A DNA stretch of 56,591 bases. Origin: a virus. Taxonomy: Duplodnaviria; Caudoviricetes. Positions 46,500 to 56,591 of this stretch are shown here, in pieces. A model generated the notes under the pieces. That model searched no databases and was not told the DNA's origin. It saw only the letters and a list, made by a program, of their open reading frames with translations. The position numbers and the translations under genes were made by a program. Numbering within the stretch: position 1 is the first letter of the stretch; the number at the start of each line of letters is the position of its first letter. The stretch spans positions 1 through 56,591 of the IMG/VR virus record IMGVR_UViG_3300027861_000038; one strand, 5' to 3'.

Positions 46500-49400
46500 A
46501 TGGCGAATATTCAAAGAAACTTTATAGCAGGTAGGATGAATAAATCAGTCGATGAGCGACTCGTTCCAAACGGGGAGTACATTGATGCATTAAACATTCG
46601 TATGGGGTCAACAGAAGGCTCTGAGATAGGTGTCCTTGAAAACTCTAAAGGGAATACTCAGCTAACAACGTTAGAGTATAATGGCGAGGCACTATCTGCT
46701 AACGCAAGGTGCATAGGAGCATTTGACGATGGAGCCAATGAGACTATGTATTGGTTTATACACGACTCAAACTTTGGTCAAGGCTCACCTACAGGTAAAC
46801 TTGATATGGTAGTGTCCTATAATGTGAACACTACGGTAGTTGTATACCATCTAATAAGTATCAATGATGGTGGTGGTGTCAATACCACACTAAACTTTAA
46901 TCCTGAGTACCTAATAACAGGCGTAAATAAAGTTGAGGACTTGTTATTCTTTACAGACAACTTCAATCAGCCAAGGGAAATAAATGTTAAGAGAGGTTAC
47001 TCTCAGCCCGTGGCAGGTGTAGATGGGTTTGATTATGATGACATATTGGTAATAAAGAGACCACCATCAGCAGCACCTGAAGTAGCTCTTGTTACCACAT
47101 CTCCAAACGAAACATTCTTAGAGGAGAGGTTTATATGCTTTGCTTATAGATACAAGTATGCTGATGATGAGTATTCAGCTACATCTCAATGGACAGACCC
47201 TGCATTTGTACCAAGAGCTTTTGAGTTCTCTTTTGAAAGTATGTTAAATGAGGGTATGATTAATGAGTTTAATCAAGCACGGGTAACCTACAATACAGGT
47301 GGTCCATTGGTAAAAGGTATAGATATATTATTTAAGGATGCAGATAGCCCTACTATAAAGATAATAGAGAAGATTGATAAGGCGAAAGCAGGTCTTACGG
47401 ACAATGCAGAAGAGAGCTTTACATTCACAAATAGTAAGATATTTACAATACTCCCTGAGTCAGAGATACTAAGACTATACGATAGCGTACCATTACTAAG
47501 TAAGGCTCAGACAGTTATGGGCAACCGACTTATGTACGGTAACTATACTGAAGGATTTGACTTGATAGACAATGACGGCAACAATGTTAGGTTTGATTAC
47601 ACTACTTCTCAGAACTCTGTATCTCTTAGTACAGATACTATTGAAGGTACACTATCAGCAGCAACCTATACCATAAGTGGAACAGATGCACCTACGGATA
47701 CTTTGGTTTCATTTGAATTTCCTTTAAGTATAGAACTAAAAGCAGGAGCATCTCTTACGTTCTCATTTTCATTCAATCACTTTGGTTGGTCATCAGGAAG
47801 TACAACACCTACACCTACATCTAATAATGGAGATGGCAATCCTCTTGAGTTTACATTCGCTCTTACAAGAGACTATGTGAGTGTGTACGACTTATGGCTA
47901 AGTGATGAGTGGCAAGAGGCGATAGGAATATCTTTACCCGGTGGTAATATTCAGCCAATGGCTACAGCAGAAGATGGGACTACATTAACAGATTTATATA
48001 ACACTATATTTGCTGACATTCTTAATGGTGCATATGAAAAATATCAGAGTGGTATAAGTGCTATTGAACAAGCAATTATAACTACGGCTTCAGCAGGGTC
48101 AGGTATAATTACCTTTCAGTTCCCTGCTATACAATACCAAGATAATATTACTGCTGCTAATGTATATACGGAATACTTATCTGTTGTTGACCCAACTATA
48201 GAATACTTGTCAACAGGAACTCAGAAGAGCTTACATAGCAATAGAGGATATGAGATAGGGATAGTATATATGGATGAGTTCAATAGGTCCACTCCTGCAT
48301 TAGTTAGTGAGAACAATACGGAGCACTTCCCTTGTTCTACTTGCGACACAGCTAATAGTATTGACGTAACTATACCAACCACACAGCTTGCTCCATTTTG
48401 GGCAAAGAAATATAAGTTTGCAATAAAGCCTGACAGAGAAACTTACGAGACTATATACTCAAATATATATTTTACAGAACCCGGCAGTAGTGATACATAC
48501 TTCTTACTTGAGGGAGAGAACGCTGCCAAGATAACAGATGGACAGAGGTTAATAGTAAAGAGAGATGTTAGGGGTTCGGCAGATAGCTGCCTATATGCTA
48601 CAGTATTAGAGAAAGAAGCAAAGCAAGAAGATTTTATTGACGTTCCATCATCTGAAAATCCTGACATTGATTTACCTATACCAAGTGGTGTGTATATGAA
48701 GATAGACAACACTAACTTATCCGTAAATAATACAGATAACTCTATTATAAATCTAAGAGGACCGGATGCTAAGTCAAATCAATCAGGTATATCACCTCGA
48801 ATAGTTGTTCCTATGAATATATTTAATCCAACATCAGGAGTTTCAGAGGATTTTGATATACCACGAGGCAGTAGGATTGTGCTTTATTATAGAAATATTA
48901 GAGAAGGTGGTGGACTTCTTGGGAGATGTGAAAAAAGAGAGTACCAATTGGATGTAGTATATACAGCGTCTGCTGATTATGACAATATGTATGATTGGTT
49001 TGTAGGCGATAATATTGATTTGACATTGAATAATGGGGCTATAAATGTAGGTCCTCAGTCAAATGAATTTTTAGACCCAACTCCGGGAACCCCTGTTCCT
49101 CTTACGGGTACTACGGTTCCTCGTTTGGGAAATAGTGTAAGTGTAAATAAATGGCAATTCTTTAGATTTACTTCAAGTAATTCTTTAGTATTGGCTATAA
49201 CAGGTGCTCAGGCTTGTGGGTCAAGTGATAAGAGACAGTCTTTTCTCGAAGCTCACGTAACCGTATACAGGGCAGATGAGACAGTAGTATTTGAAAGCGA
49301 ACCACTTGATGCATCTCCTGATATTTGGTATGAGTCTTCTGAGTCATTTGGAATTGTTGAAGGTACAAATAAGTGTCGTATAGAGTTAGGTGTTGCAACA

Positions 49401-51155
49401 GCAGAGCCTACAGCTATTGCATTTAACTATCTTGATTTAGATGGAAGAAGTCAGCAAATAGTATTGCAGCCCGGAACGGCACTCTTTGTAAATGGTATAT
49501 GTGGTAGTGCAACGGTATCTCCTACTACACCGGCTACTCTTCCTGTTACAATATTTGATACAGCATTAGCAGCAGGAACACATTTGGGTAATGTTCAAGA
49601 CCAAGTCCTTAGCTCATCCACTCCTGCCATATGCGAAACAAACTTCTTTAACTGCTTTACGTTTGGAAATGGTGTAGAGAGCTATAAGATTAGAGATAGT
49701 GCCATTGGTAAACCTTTTGCACTTGGCAACAGGGTTACATCCACACAGGCAAATGAGGTTGAGCAGGTTAATCGCTTTGCTGATATTACCTATAGTGGTA
49801 CATACTCAGACGAGTCAAATGTAAACAGGCTAAATGAGTTTAATAGAGGGCTACTTAACTTCAAGCCACTCGAAGAGTCTTTTGGTCCTGTGGAAATACT
49901 ATTCGGTAGAGAGACAGACGTACTGATTCTACAAGAAGATAAGATATCATACATATTAGCAAGTGGTAAGAATTTACTTTCTGATGCAGCAGGTGGAAGC
50001 ACCCTTACCTCAGTACCTCAAGTATTAGGAACTCAGATAGCAAGGATTGAGGAGTTTGGTATCAGTAATAACCCTGAGAGCTTTGCTCAATGGGGACCTG
50101 ATAAATACTTCACAGACGCAAAGAGAGGAGCTGTATTGAAACTTACAGGGGCGAGTGGTCCGAGTGATTCATTAGAGATTATCTCTCAGAATGGTATGAG
50201 AACTTGGTTTAGAGACTTGTTCCTTGTATCAATGGATAAACAGAAACTTGGTGGCTTTGACCCATATATGAATGAGTATGTCATCACAGCTAACCAACAA
50301 GACTTACCTGCACAGATTGAATGTGTGGACTGCAATATATCTCAAACGGTAACAATAACACCTGAGACTCCCTATAACAGATGCTTTGAATTAGGTGCAG
50401 CGATTGGAGAGACTATTATGGGTTGGGGTGCTTCAATAATTAACCAAGGAGATGTTCTTGACTACGATGTAATCATTACCTATAATGGAAATGTAACGCA
50501 GATATTAGGGTCGAGTAGTGGTACAGGTACACTCATATTCCAAAAGGATACGATAAATGTAACTGAGGTAACAATACAGATATTATCAAGGGTTCCAATG
50601 AATATTAATTTTACGGTAGGATGTCCTTTATCTGAGACTATTAGTATCGTTGAGGTGTGTGTGACGAGTCCGAATGAAGAGGGACTACAAGTTCATAACC
50701 AACACAGGTTTGTGGATGGTACATATACATCACCCCTAACATCAAACCAAGTAAAGTTTGGAACAGACGTAGGTAACCCTGTGGTGTCATACTATGATGT
50801 TACAACAGGACCACAAGGTGTTGGGGCAATACCACCGAATGGTGCGAGTATGACCCTTACATTCAATAAGCTGAGTGGAGATAGTGCGACATTTGATACA
50901 GCTACAAATGACTTTAAGTTTTTAAGGAGTAGTACAAACTATCCAAATACACAGGCATCTATTGCAACCCTTTTAGCTGCGGCTACGTCAATGACTACAG
51001 ATACAGGTGGAGCACCCAATACATATACGGGTACTTTTACTGTACCTAATGGAAGTAATGGAGATTTTTTATATCTTATATATGACTATAGAAAACCTAA
51101 CAATGTCAACTTGTGTTTTGGTGCAGACTTGGAATCTTCTTGTTGTGGATGTTAA
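46500..51155 (+). CDS. Tail nozzle/stabilisation protein with inserted domains
   Basis: GRMNKSVDERLVPNGEYIDALN, LFFTDN, FAYRY, GNGVES, EFGISNNPES and YFTDAKRG. Confidence 0.75.
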   Translation: MANIQRNFIAGRMNKSVDERLVPNGEYIDALNIRMGSTEGSEIGVLENSKGNTQLTTLEYNGEALSANARCIGAFDDGANETMYWFIHDSNFGQGSPTGKLDMVVSYNVNTTVVVYHLISINDGGGVNTTLNFNPEYLITGVNKVEDLLFFTDNFNQPREINVKRGYSQPVAGVDGFDYDDILVIKRPPSAAPEVALVTTSPNETFLEERFICFAYRYKYADDEYSATSQWTDPAFVPRAFEFSFESMLNEGMINEFNQARVTYNTGGPLVKGIDILFKDADSPTIKIIEKIDKAKAGLTDNAEESFTFTNSKIFTILPESEILRLYDSVPLLSKAQTVMGNRLMYGNYTEGFDLIDNDGNNVRFDYTTSQNSVSLSTDTIEGTLSAATYTISGTDAPTDTLVSFEFPLSIELKAGASLTFSFSFNHFGWSSGSTTPTPTSNNGDGNPLEFTFALTRDYVSVYDLWLSDEWQEAIGISLPGGNIQPMATAEDGTTLTDLYNTIFADILNGAYEKYQSGISAIEQAIITTASAGSGIITFQFPAIQYQDNITAANVYTEYLSVVDPTIEYLSTGTQKSLHSNRGYEIGIVYMDEFNRSTPALVSENNTEHFPCSTCDTANSIDVTIPTTQLAPFWAKKYKFAIKPDRETYETIYSNIYFTEPGSSDTYFLLEGENAAKITDGQRLIVKRDVRGSADSCLYATVLEKEAKQEDFIDVPSSENPDIDLPIPSGVYMKIDNTNLSVNNTDNSIINLRGPDAKSNQSGISPRIVVPMNIFNPTSGVSEDFDIPRGSRIVLYYRNIREGGGLLGRCEKREYQLDVVYTASADYDNMYDWFVGDNIDLTLNNGAINVGPQSNEFLDPTPGTPVPLTGTTVPRLGNSVSVNKWQFFRFTSSNSLVLAITGAQACGSSDKRQSFLEAHVTVYRADETVVFESEPLDASPDIWYESSESFGIVEGTNKCRIELGVATAEPTAIAFNYLDLDGRSQQIVLQPGTALFVNGICGSATVSPTTPATLPVTIFDTALAAGTHLGNVQDQVLSSSTPAICETNFFNCFTFGNGVESYKIRDSAIGKPFALGNRVTSTQANEVEQVNRFADITYSGTYSDESNVNRLNEFNRGLLNFKPLEESFGPVEILFGRETDVLILQEDKISYILASGKNLLSDAAGGSTLTSVPQVLGTQIARIEEFGISNNPESFAQWGPDKYFTDAKRGAVLKLTGASGPSDSLEIISQNGMRTWFRDLFLVSMDKQKLGGFDPYMNEYVITANQQDLPAQIECVDCNISQTVTITPETPYNRCFELGAAIGETIMGWGASIINQGDVLDYDVIITYNGNVTQILGSSSGTGTLIFQKDTINVTEVTIQILSRVPMNINFTVGCPLSETISIVEVCVTSPNEEGLQVHNQHRFVDGTYTSPLTSNQVKFGTDVGNPVVSYYDVTTGPQGVGAIPPNGASMTLTFNKLSGDSATFDTATNDFKFLRSSTNYPNTQASIATLLAAATSMTTDTGGAPNTYTGTFTVPNGSNGDFLYLIYDYRKPNNVNLCFGADLESSCCGC

Positions 51156-51179
51156 AAAGAAAATAATTAGAATTAAAAA

Positions 51180-52121
51180 ATGGCAACAGTAAACGTATAT
51201 ATAGACGGAACAACACTAAGCAACTCTACTGCGGTTTATACAGACGCAGGGCTAACAACTTGTGCAACAGCAGGTTTCTACTCTGATGGTAGTATATCAA
51301 GAGAGCAAGTGGTTAGTGGAGGTACTTGTTACCTATTACCAAATCAGACTTGCCCTTCTTGTGTAACAGAGTGTGGAGGTCCTACCGTATCAGTATCATC
51401 AGGTGTAACAGGGTACTATATTTTAGATATAGACACAGGTGGAACATCTACAGATACAGGGGCTATAGTGATTAGCTTTAATCCTGCAAGTGTACCGGAT
51501 GGTATAAGAGCCGTATACAATGGAGTTACTTACAATAAGCTAAGTGCTCCTGCTTATGGCAAACTACAGTCAACAGGTATCAATGACCCTTTTACATTTA
51601 TTGGAAATGCAGGAGATGATTGTGGTCTTAGTGGTAGTTCCTACACTTTGGACGAGTATGAGTACGATGGTACTTCTTTTGTGGCTACAGGTAACACTCA
51701 GGGCATAACAGTAAACTCAGTAGATGTACAGTTAACAGCTACTGCACCGGGGCTTTGTGTTATGGTTATACCAAAACCTACAGCATCGCCTTCTATTATA
51801 AGGATTGAAATTGCAGCAGCTTGTGCAGGTACAGGGTTCGGTATCACAACAGCGTGTCCAACACAATTGACATCTTTCGCAGCATCTTCAAGACAGGTAT
51901 CAGATGTAGCAGCCTGTGCTGAGACTACCTATCCCGTAACGCTTTATAATGTTCCTGTAACGGGAACAGCAGGAGTACCTGCGTTACACGACTATGTGTT
52001 CACAGATGCAAGCGGACAATTTGCTCCGGCAGATGGTTTCTATAAGACTGTAGACGCAGCCGTTGAATATAGCATTCAAGTTGTAGATGGAATAATTGAC
52101 ACGGTAATTACCTGTCCATAA
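51180..52121 (+). CDS. Cys/Thr-rich tail-associated protein
   Basis: Repeated VYTDA...A..GFYSDG-type module at both ends. Confidence 0.6.
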   Translation: MATVNVYIDGTTLSNSTAVYTDAGLTTCATAGFYSDGSISREQVVSGGTCYLLPNQTCPSCVTECGGPTVSVSSGVTGYYILDIDTGGTSTDTGAIVISFNPASVPDGIRAVYNGVTYNKLSAPAYGKLQSTGINDPFTFIGNAGDDCGLSGSSYTLDEYEYDGTSFVATGNTQGITVNSVDVQLTATAPGLCVMVIPKPTASPSIIRIEIAAACAGTGFGITTACPTQLTSFAASSRQVSDVAACAETTYPVTLYNVPVTGTAGVPALHDYVFTDASGQFAPADGFYKTVDAAVEYSIQVVDGIIDTVITCP

Positions 52122-52133
52122 AGAAAATAAGAT

Positions 52134-52931
52134 ATGAGTGAAGTAATAGCAGGAAATAATTATACACTAACTTACGATAGAGGGGTTACGGGATTCCCGT
52201 CATTCTATTCGTACTACCCTGATTTTATGATGGGTATGAATAACTATTTTTATACTTGGAAGGGAGGCAACCTATACAGGCATAATACAAACGAGACTCG
52301 CAATAATTACTATGGTGTTCAGTATACCTCGCAAGTGATATCAGTATTCAATGACTCTCCCTTAGAGAATAAGCTGTTCAAGACTATAGAGCTTGGAGGA
52401 GATGACCGTTGGGATGTTGCATTGATTAGCGACCAACAGACCACAGGATTTATTGATGAGGATTGGTTTGAGGAGAAGGAGGGTACATTCTTTGCTTTCG
52501 TTAGAAATAGTGGAACGGTTCCTGCAACATTAGACCAATACGCATTACGTTCAGTAAATGGCTTAGGTACAAGCTCTAATATCACTACGGTAACTACAGT
52601 ATCTACGATTGACTTTAATGTCAATACTCCGGTTGGTAGTATTATAAGCATTGGGGACTATGTATATTGGGGCAGTAGTACACCTACTTTGTTTGGTGTA
52701 GTCACAGCAATAAACCAAAACTTACCACAGGGTATTAACAATGTGGTTGTCAACAACTCAACAGGTGCAGTTCCTGTTGGGACAGCAGAGTATATACTAT
52801 ACATAAAGAACTCAGTAGCTGAGTCTCAAGGTATCTTGGGTCACTACGGACAGTTTACCCTGACAAACGACAACACATCTAAGGTAGAACTATACGCAGT
52901 ATTATCTGAGGTTATGAAATCATTCCCATAA
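52134..52931 (+). CDS. Tail protein, probable detached C-terminal part of the nozzle
   Basis: TLTY...FPSFYSYYPD...LYRHN...RNNYYG...VFN..P...KLFKT...EKEG. Confidence 0.6.
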   Translation: MSEVIAGNNYTLTYDRGVTGFPSFYSYYPDFMMGMNNYFYTWKGGNLYRHNTNETRNNYYGVQYTSQVISVFNDSPLENKLFKTIELGGDDRWDVALISDQQTTGFIDEDWFEEKEGTFFAFVRNSGTVPATLDQYALRSVNGLGTSSNITTVTTVSTIDFNVNTPVGSIISIGDYVYWGSSTPTLFGVVTAINQNLPQGINNVVVNNSTGAVPVGTAEYILYIKNSVAESQGILGHYGQFTLTNDNTSKVELYAVLSEVMKSFP

Positions 52932-52952
52932 TTTTTGTATCTTTGCTGTAAT

Positions 52953-53468
52953 ATGGATGAAGTTCAATTAGTACAACCCAATCCTGAATCTGTTTTGGAG
53001 AATATTATCCAACACAGAGGGGCATTATGGGAAAAGATTAATGAATTTAAAAGTCAAATGATATCTATGGAAGGAGTGGTATTACACCACACTAAAGAGA
53101 TGGAGGAGACTATGCCATTAAAGCACCATATAAAAGATGGTATTTACACAAGAGAAGTTTTTATGCCAAAGGGTATGTTGGTATTAAGTTTTATTCATAA
53201 GGTAAACCACCCATCTTTTTTTTTAAGTGGAGAGATGTCTATCTTAACAGACAAGGCAGAGATAAAAAGAATAAAAGCACCTATGGTGGTGCAAACAGAA
53301 ATAGGAACGCAAAGGGTGGCTTATATACACGAAGATAGTGTTTGGGTGTGTACTTATAGGACAGATGCAAAGACGGTTGAGGAAGCAGAAAAAGAAGTGT
53401 TTACCGAAGACTACAATGAGTTACCTGAATATGTTATAAAAGAAAAGAAGAAATTATGTCAGGAGTAA
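52953..53468 (+). CDS. Cupin-fold protein
   Basis: HHIKDGIYTREVFMPKG...IHKVNH...GTQRVAYIHED. Start MDEVQL follows the promoter core at 52938. Confidence 0.7.
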   Translation: MDEVQLVQPNPESVLENIIQHRGALWEKINEFKSQMISMEGVVLHHTKEMEETMPLKHHIKDGIYTREVFMPKGMLVLSFIHKVNHPSFFLSGEMSILTDKAEIKRIKAPMVVQTEIGTQRVAYIHEDSVWVCTYRTDAKTVEEAEKEVFTEDYNELPEYVIKEKKKLCQE

Positions 53469-54274
53469 TAGCAGGATTAGCAATAAGCACAGTTTCAGCA
53501 GGTGCATCGTTTGCTCAAGCAGCAAAGCAAAACAGCTTAAAGCGTCAAGCACAATCAGATGCAGAGCAGGCAATGGCTGCTGCAAGAGGGAAGTTGGATG
53601 TAAACTTTGCAGAGCAGATGTCTATAAAGAAAGAGGCATACGACTTGGAGAGACAGGCTATGTTAGTTCAAGGAGCACAGCTTACTCAGGCAGGTATAGA
53701 GAGCGAGAGAGGAGCAGCAGCTACAGCAGGTAGGGTGTTCGCTCAACAGCAGTTAGGGCAGCAGCAGATTAGGAGTGCTATGGCTGATGAGATGACAAAT
53801 ATTGAGGCAGCAGTCCTTGAGGAAGAGTCAAGGCTAAGAGACTTAGGAGTTGGCTTAGACTTAGAGGAGGTAGCAGGTCAGCAGATGATGGCAGCAGACG
53901 CACAGAGGGCGGCAGCAGCATCCACACAGCAAGGTTTCCAAAGTGCATTAGGTGCAGCAGAGTTAGCAGTAAAACAAGTTCCTTTGTATAGGGAAACAAG
54001 AGCAGACAGGTTGGCTCGAAAGGCATCCGAGGCGGCAGCTTTTCGAGCTGATGCTCTTGCGACAATACCAACGGCAGAATCATATAAGGGATTTAGCGTA
54101 CAAACACCTCAAATGGGAACAGATTTTCTTATGCCAACAACTATTAACCCATTCGCTTTGAGTAGTGACCCTACCCTGTCAAATAAAAAACCTTTTGAAT
54201 TTGATACAGATGTTTCCCTTTTTCCTATGCCCGGTTATACATATGACCCAATCACAGGAAAGTACAAAAAATAA
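53456..54274 (+). CDS. Putative internal virion/ejection protein
   Basis: Hydrophobic G/A N-terminus and an A/Q-rich coiled coil. Confidence 0.6.
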   Translation: MSGVIAGLAISTVSAGASFAQAAKQNSLKRQAQSDAEQAMAAARGKLDVNFAEQMSIKKEAYDLERQAMLVQGAQLTQAGIESERGAAATAGRVFAQQQLGQQQIRSAMADEMTNIEAAVLEEESRLRDLGVGLDLEEVAGQQMMAADAQRAAAASTQQGFQSALGAAELAVKQVPLYRETRADRLARKASEAAAFRADALATIPTAESYKGFSVQTPQMGTDFLMPTTINPFALSSDPTLSNKKPFEFDTDVSLFPMPGYTYDPITGKYKK

Positions 54275-54288
54275 AATAATAGAACAAT

Positions 54289-56349
54289 ATGCCAACAGGT
54301 TATAAATATGTAGAGAGAGACGCTCAGGATACTCAGATAAATTGGGCTGAGGTCGGAGCCAACTTTAGCGGTATGCTCCAAGAGGAGAATCGTGTAAGAG
54401 AAGAAAAGAAGGATGCTTTAGATGAGCAAGCAAGAGCCTATCAGAACTCATTAAACTCAATACCTACAGGACAGAATACACAGCTAAACGATGCTGCGTT
54501 AAATTTTGCAGCAGACTTGCAAGAGCAGGCTCTAATGCTAAATAAAAATCTAAAGGCAGGGTTACTAAGTCCAAGAGACTACACAAGGTATATGCAAAAC
54601 CTTATGGACGGTACAAATCAAGCGTTTGGTCTATTTGATGATTACAATCAAGAGTATTCAAGGAAGATGAAGATGGTAGAGGATGGAACGCTTTCTCAGG
54701 TTGATTTAGAAATTATGGCTAACACCGAGTCGTTTGCAAACTTCCAAAATCACAGACTTGTAATAAACCCTGATGATAGTAAAGTAGCCTCTGCGAGAAT
54801 GATTGAAGGACCTGACGGGACTTTAGTGCCTGACACTAACCCGAACCACTTAGCATTGGTATCAGTTCTTAGAGATAGGATAAGACAGACAGTACCCAAG
54901 TTTAATGTGATGGGTGTATCTGAACAGAGAGCGAAGGCTTTAGGTACTGACCAACGTACTATCATTGAGAGTATGGGTACTGCATATAAGGCAGGTATAT
55001 TTAAGGATGTATCAGATATAAGACAAAGAGAACGCTACGGAGATAAGACAGATGCAGAGTATGCTAAGGAGCTTGGTATAAAAGAAGAGGATTTCAAGTC
55101 CATCTCATTGTTTTATGAGAGTCAAGATAAGTGGGCGAAGAGCCAAGTGTCATCAGCCGTTAATAGTATGGCAGGTGCGTCTACACTTGTAGACTTTATA
55201 ACCTCTAAGGGTGGTACTCAGTACACTACAACATTTGACCCAAAGGGAGTATTCAATGAGGACGGAAGTCGAGACGAAACCATTATCCTACTTGAGAATA
55301 AGAATGGGAGGGTGGTATCAGATTTAACAGATATCCAACAGGCTAATGCGGAGCAGGCTTTAAAGGACCAATCAGAGAGTATGATTGATACTAAGGTTAC
55401 AACGAAGACGGTGTTTACTGAAAAAGCTCCACCTGTAAGAAGCGGAGGCGGAGGCGGAAGCAGATATCCAAAAGGCGACAAGCCCCTAAGCGATAAACAA
55501 TTATTCGGATACCTAAAAAACCTATGGGAAGGTACAGAGGGTCAAATAAACTCAGCAGAGAAGCGACTCCGTGGTTACAATCCGGACATAGTAAAAATAG
55601 AGAGGAATGACGAAGGAGTGTACATAACCTATCAAGACGAAGAATCAGGAAAACTACTTACAGAGACATTTGATTTTGCTAAGATGGATACTGAGGCAGA
55701 TTGGATAGCAGGTATTTCATCTTTTGTGGGAGGGAGTGTAGTTGGAAAAGACTATATTAAAAAGTCACTTGAATGGTCAGGGTATGGCGAACCTCAAAGT
55801 CTAAAAAAATATGGTAAAACTTTTACTGACCAAGGAGAAGCCGTTCAACAAGAGAGAAAGAAGCTAACAAGAGATACTTTTTATGACAAAAACAATCAGA
55901 CGGTTCTTGCAGAAATAGCAGACGTAGTTGAAGCGCAGAACGGGGATATAATAAAAGCTGATGAAATAAAGGGGTTCAATTCTTTTAAGGTAAAAAGAGC
56001 TGATGGTAAAATAGAAGAGTTTAATACAAACCAAGGAACTGTGTTGAAAGCTCGAAATGAGTTAAATAGATTTTATGAATTTATTAGGGGAGGCACTACC
56101 GAGGCTAAAGGAACTACAAAGGCAACTGATTATATAGGTGGTCTTAGAGAGCAATATCCTGACCTTAAATTTAAAACAACGGCAGGTGGTAGTGTACAGG
56201 TGTTTGATAGAAAAACTAAGAAGAGATTAGTGGAATCATATTACACAAACGAAAAAGGTAAAGGAAAAATAGAAGCTGCTATATCACCGTATGCACCTAA
56301 GCCTGTAACACCTACGGAAAACGTAAATACAAGTAAATACAACAAATAA
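54289..56349 (+). CDS. Putative internal virion/ejection protein
   Basis: 686 aa helical protein between the small and giant ejection-type genes. Confidence 0.6.
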   Translation: MPTGYKYVERDAQDTQINWAEVGANFSGMLQEENRVREEKKDALDEQARAYQNSLNSIPTGQNTQLNDAALNFAADLQEQALMLNKNLKAGLLSPRDYTRYMQNLMDGTNQAFGLFDDYNQEYSRKMKMVEDGTLSQVDLEIMANTESFANFQNHRLVINPDDSKVASARMIEGPDGTLVPDTNPNHLALVSVLRDRIRQTVPKFNVMGVSEQRAKALGTDQRTIIESMGTAYKAGIFKDVSDIRQRERYGDKTDAEYAKELGIKEEDFKSISLFYESQDKWAKSQVSSAVNSMAGASTLVDFITSKGGTQYTTTFDPKGVFNEDGSRDETIILLENKNGRVVSDLTDIQQANAEQALKDQSESMIDTKVTTKTVFTEKAPPVRSGGGGGSRYPKGDKPLSDKQLFGYLKNLWEGTEGQINSAEKRLRGYNPDIVKIERNDEGVYITYQDEESGKLLTETFDFAKMDTEADWIAGISSFVGGSVVGKDYIKKSLEWSGYGEPQSLKKYGKTFTDQGEAVQQERKKLTRDTFYDKNNQTVLAEIADVVEAQNGDIIKADEIKGFNSFKVKRADGKIEEFNTNQGTVLKARNELNRFYEFIRGGTTEAKGTTKATDYIGGLREQYPDLKFKTTAGGSVQVFDRKTKKRLVESYYTNEKGKGKIEAAISPYAPKPVTPTENVNTSKYNK

Positions 56350-56355
56350 ATAATA

Positions 56356-56591
56356 ATGAACGAAGAGGCAATACAAGACGCATACATCTTATTTAAAGGT
56401 GCAGGCTATAACAAATCAATTGAGGAGTTTAAATTATTAATGTCTACAAATAGTGAGGCGTTAAATGATTCATACATATTATTTAAAGATGCAGGCTATA
56501 ATAATTCAATCGAAGATTTTAAGGTTTTAGTCGGTGCTTCCGTAAAAAAAAAAGGCAGTATGGAATCATTCTTGGTGGATGGTGCTTTGTA
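56356..56591 (+). CDS. N-terminus of the giant protein (continues at 39 across the junction)
   Basis: MNEEAIQDAYILFKGAGYNKSIEEFKLLMSTNSEALNDSYILFKDAGYNNSIEDFKVLVGASVKKKGSMESFLVDG is in frame when the A10 version of the run is used. Confidence 0.8.
   Translation, partial: MNEEAIQDAYILFKGAGYNKSIEEFKLLMSTNSEALNDSYILFKDAGYNNSIEDFKVLVGASVKKKGSMESFLVDGAL
56521..56591. repeat. Right copy of terminal overlap
   Basis: Near-identical to 1-70. Confidence 0.95.

Noticed and set aside
1-56591. tRNA genes, reverse transcriptase/DGR, alternative genetic code
   Set aside because: No cloverleaf or RT motifs were seen, and long ORFs are intact under the standard code with TAG used as a stop.

Overview
The window is an apparently complete, circularly permuted ~56.5 kb genome of a lytic tailed phage, most likely podovirus-like and infecting a marine Bacteroidota/Flavobacteriia host. 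The host inference rests on many TAnnTTTG promoter cores, A-rich starts without Shine-Dalgarno sequences, and a BT4734/VirE-N-type primase. Bases 56521-56591 nearly repeat bases 1-70. Two arms diverge from a non-coding G-rich switch region at ~26.5-26.95 kb. The minus arm (26.4 to 9.1 kb) carries early, recombination and replication genes: Sak-like annealing protein, RecE-like exonuclease, putative SSB, primase-helicase, SF2 helicase, VRR-NUC and two DnaA-CTD-like proteins. The plus arm (27 kb through the junction to 9.05 kb) carries groEL/groES, small basic proteins, lysis genes, terminase, portal, scaffold, major capsid, tail genes and three putative ejection proteins, including a ~3070 aa HExxH giant that spans the junction. 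I recognised no integrase, DNA polymerase, RNA polymerase, tRNA or CRISPR array. The most notable structure is at 22.2-26.5 kb: 12 small co-oriented genes, each preceded by one copy of a conserved ~40-50 nt hairpin element. The stems covary and contain G-U wobbles that pair only on the coding strand. The array sits behind one host-type promoter and a boxA-like leader, and it includes an Ocr-like DNA mimic, so it is a candidate hairpin-punctuated anti-defence cassette array. All family calls are by-eye motif recognition, not database searches.
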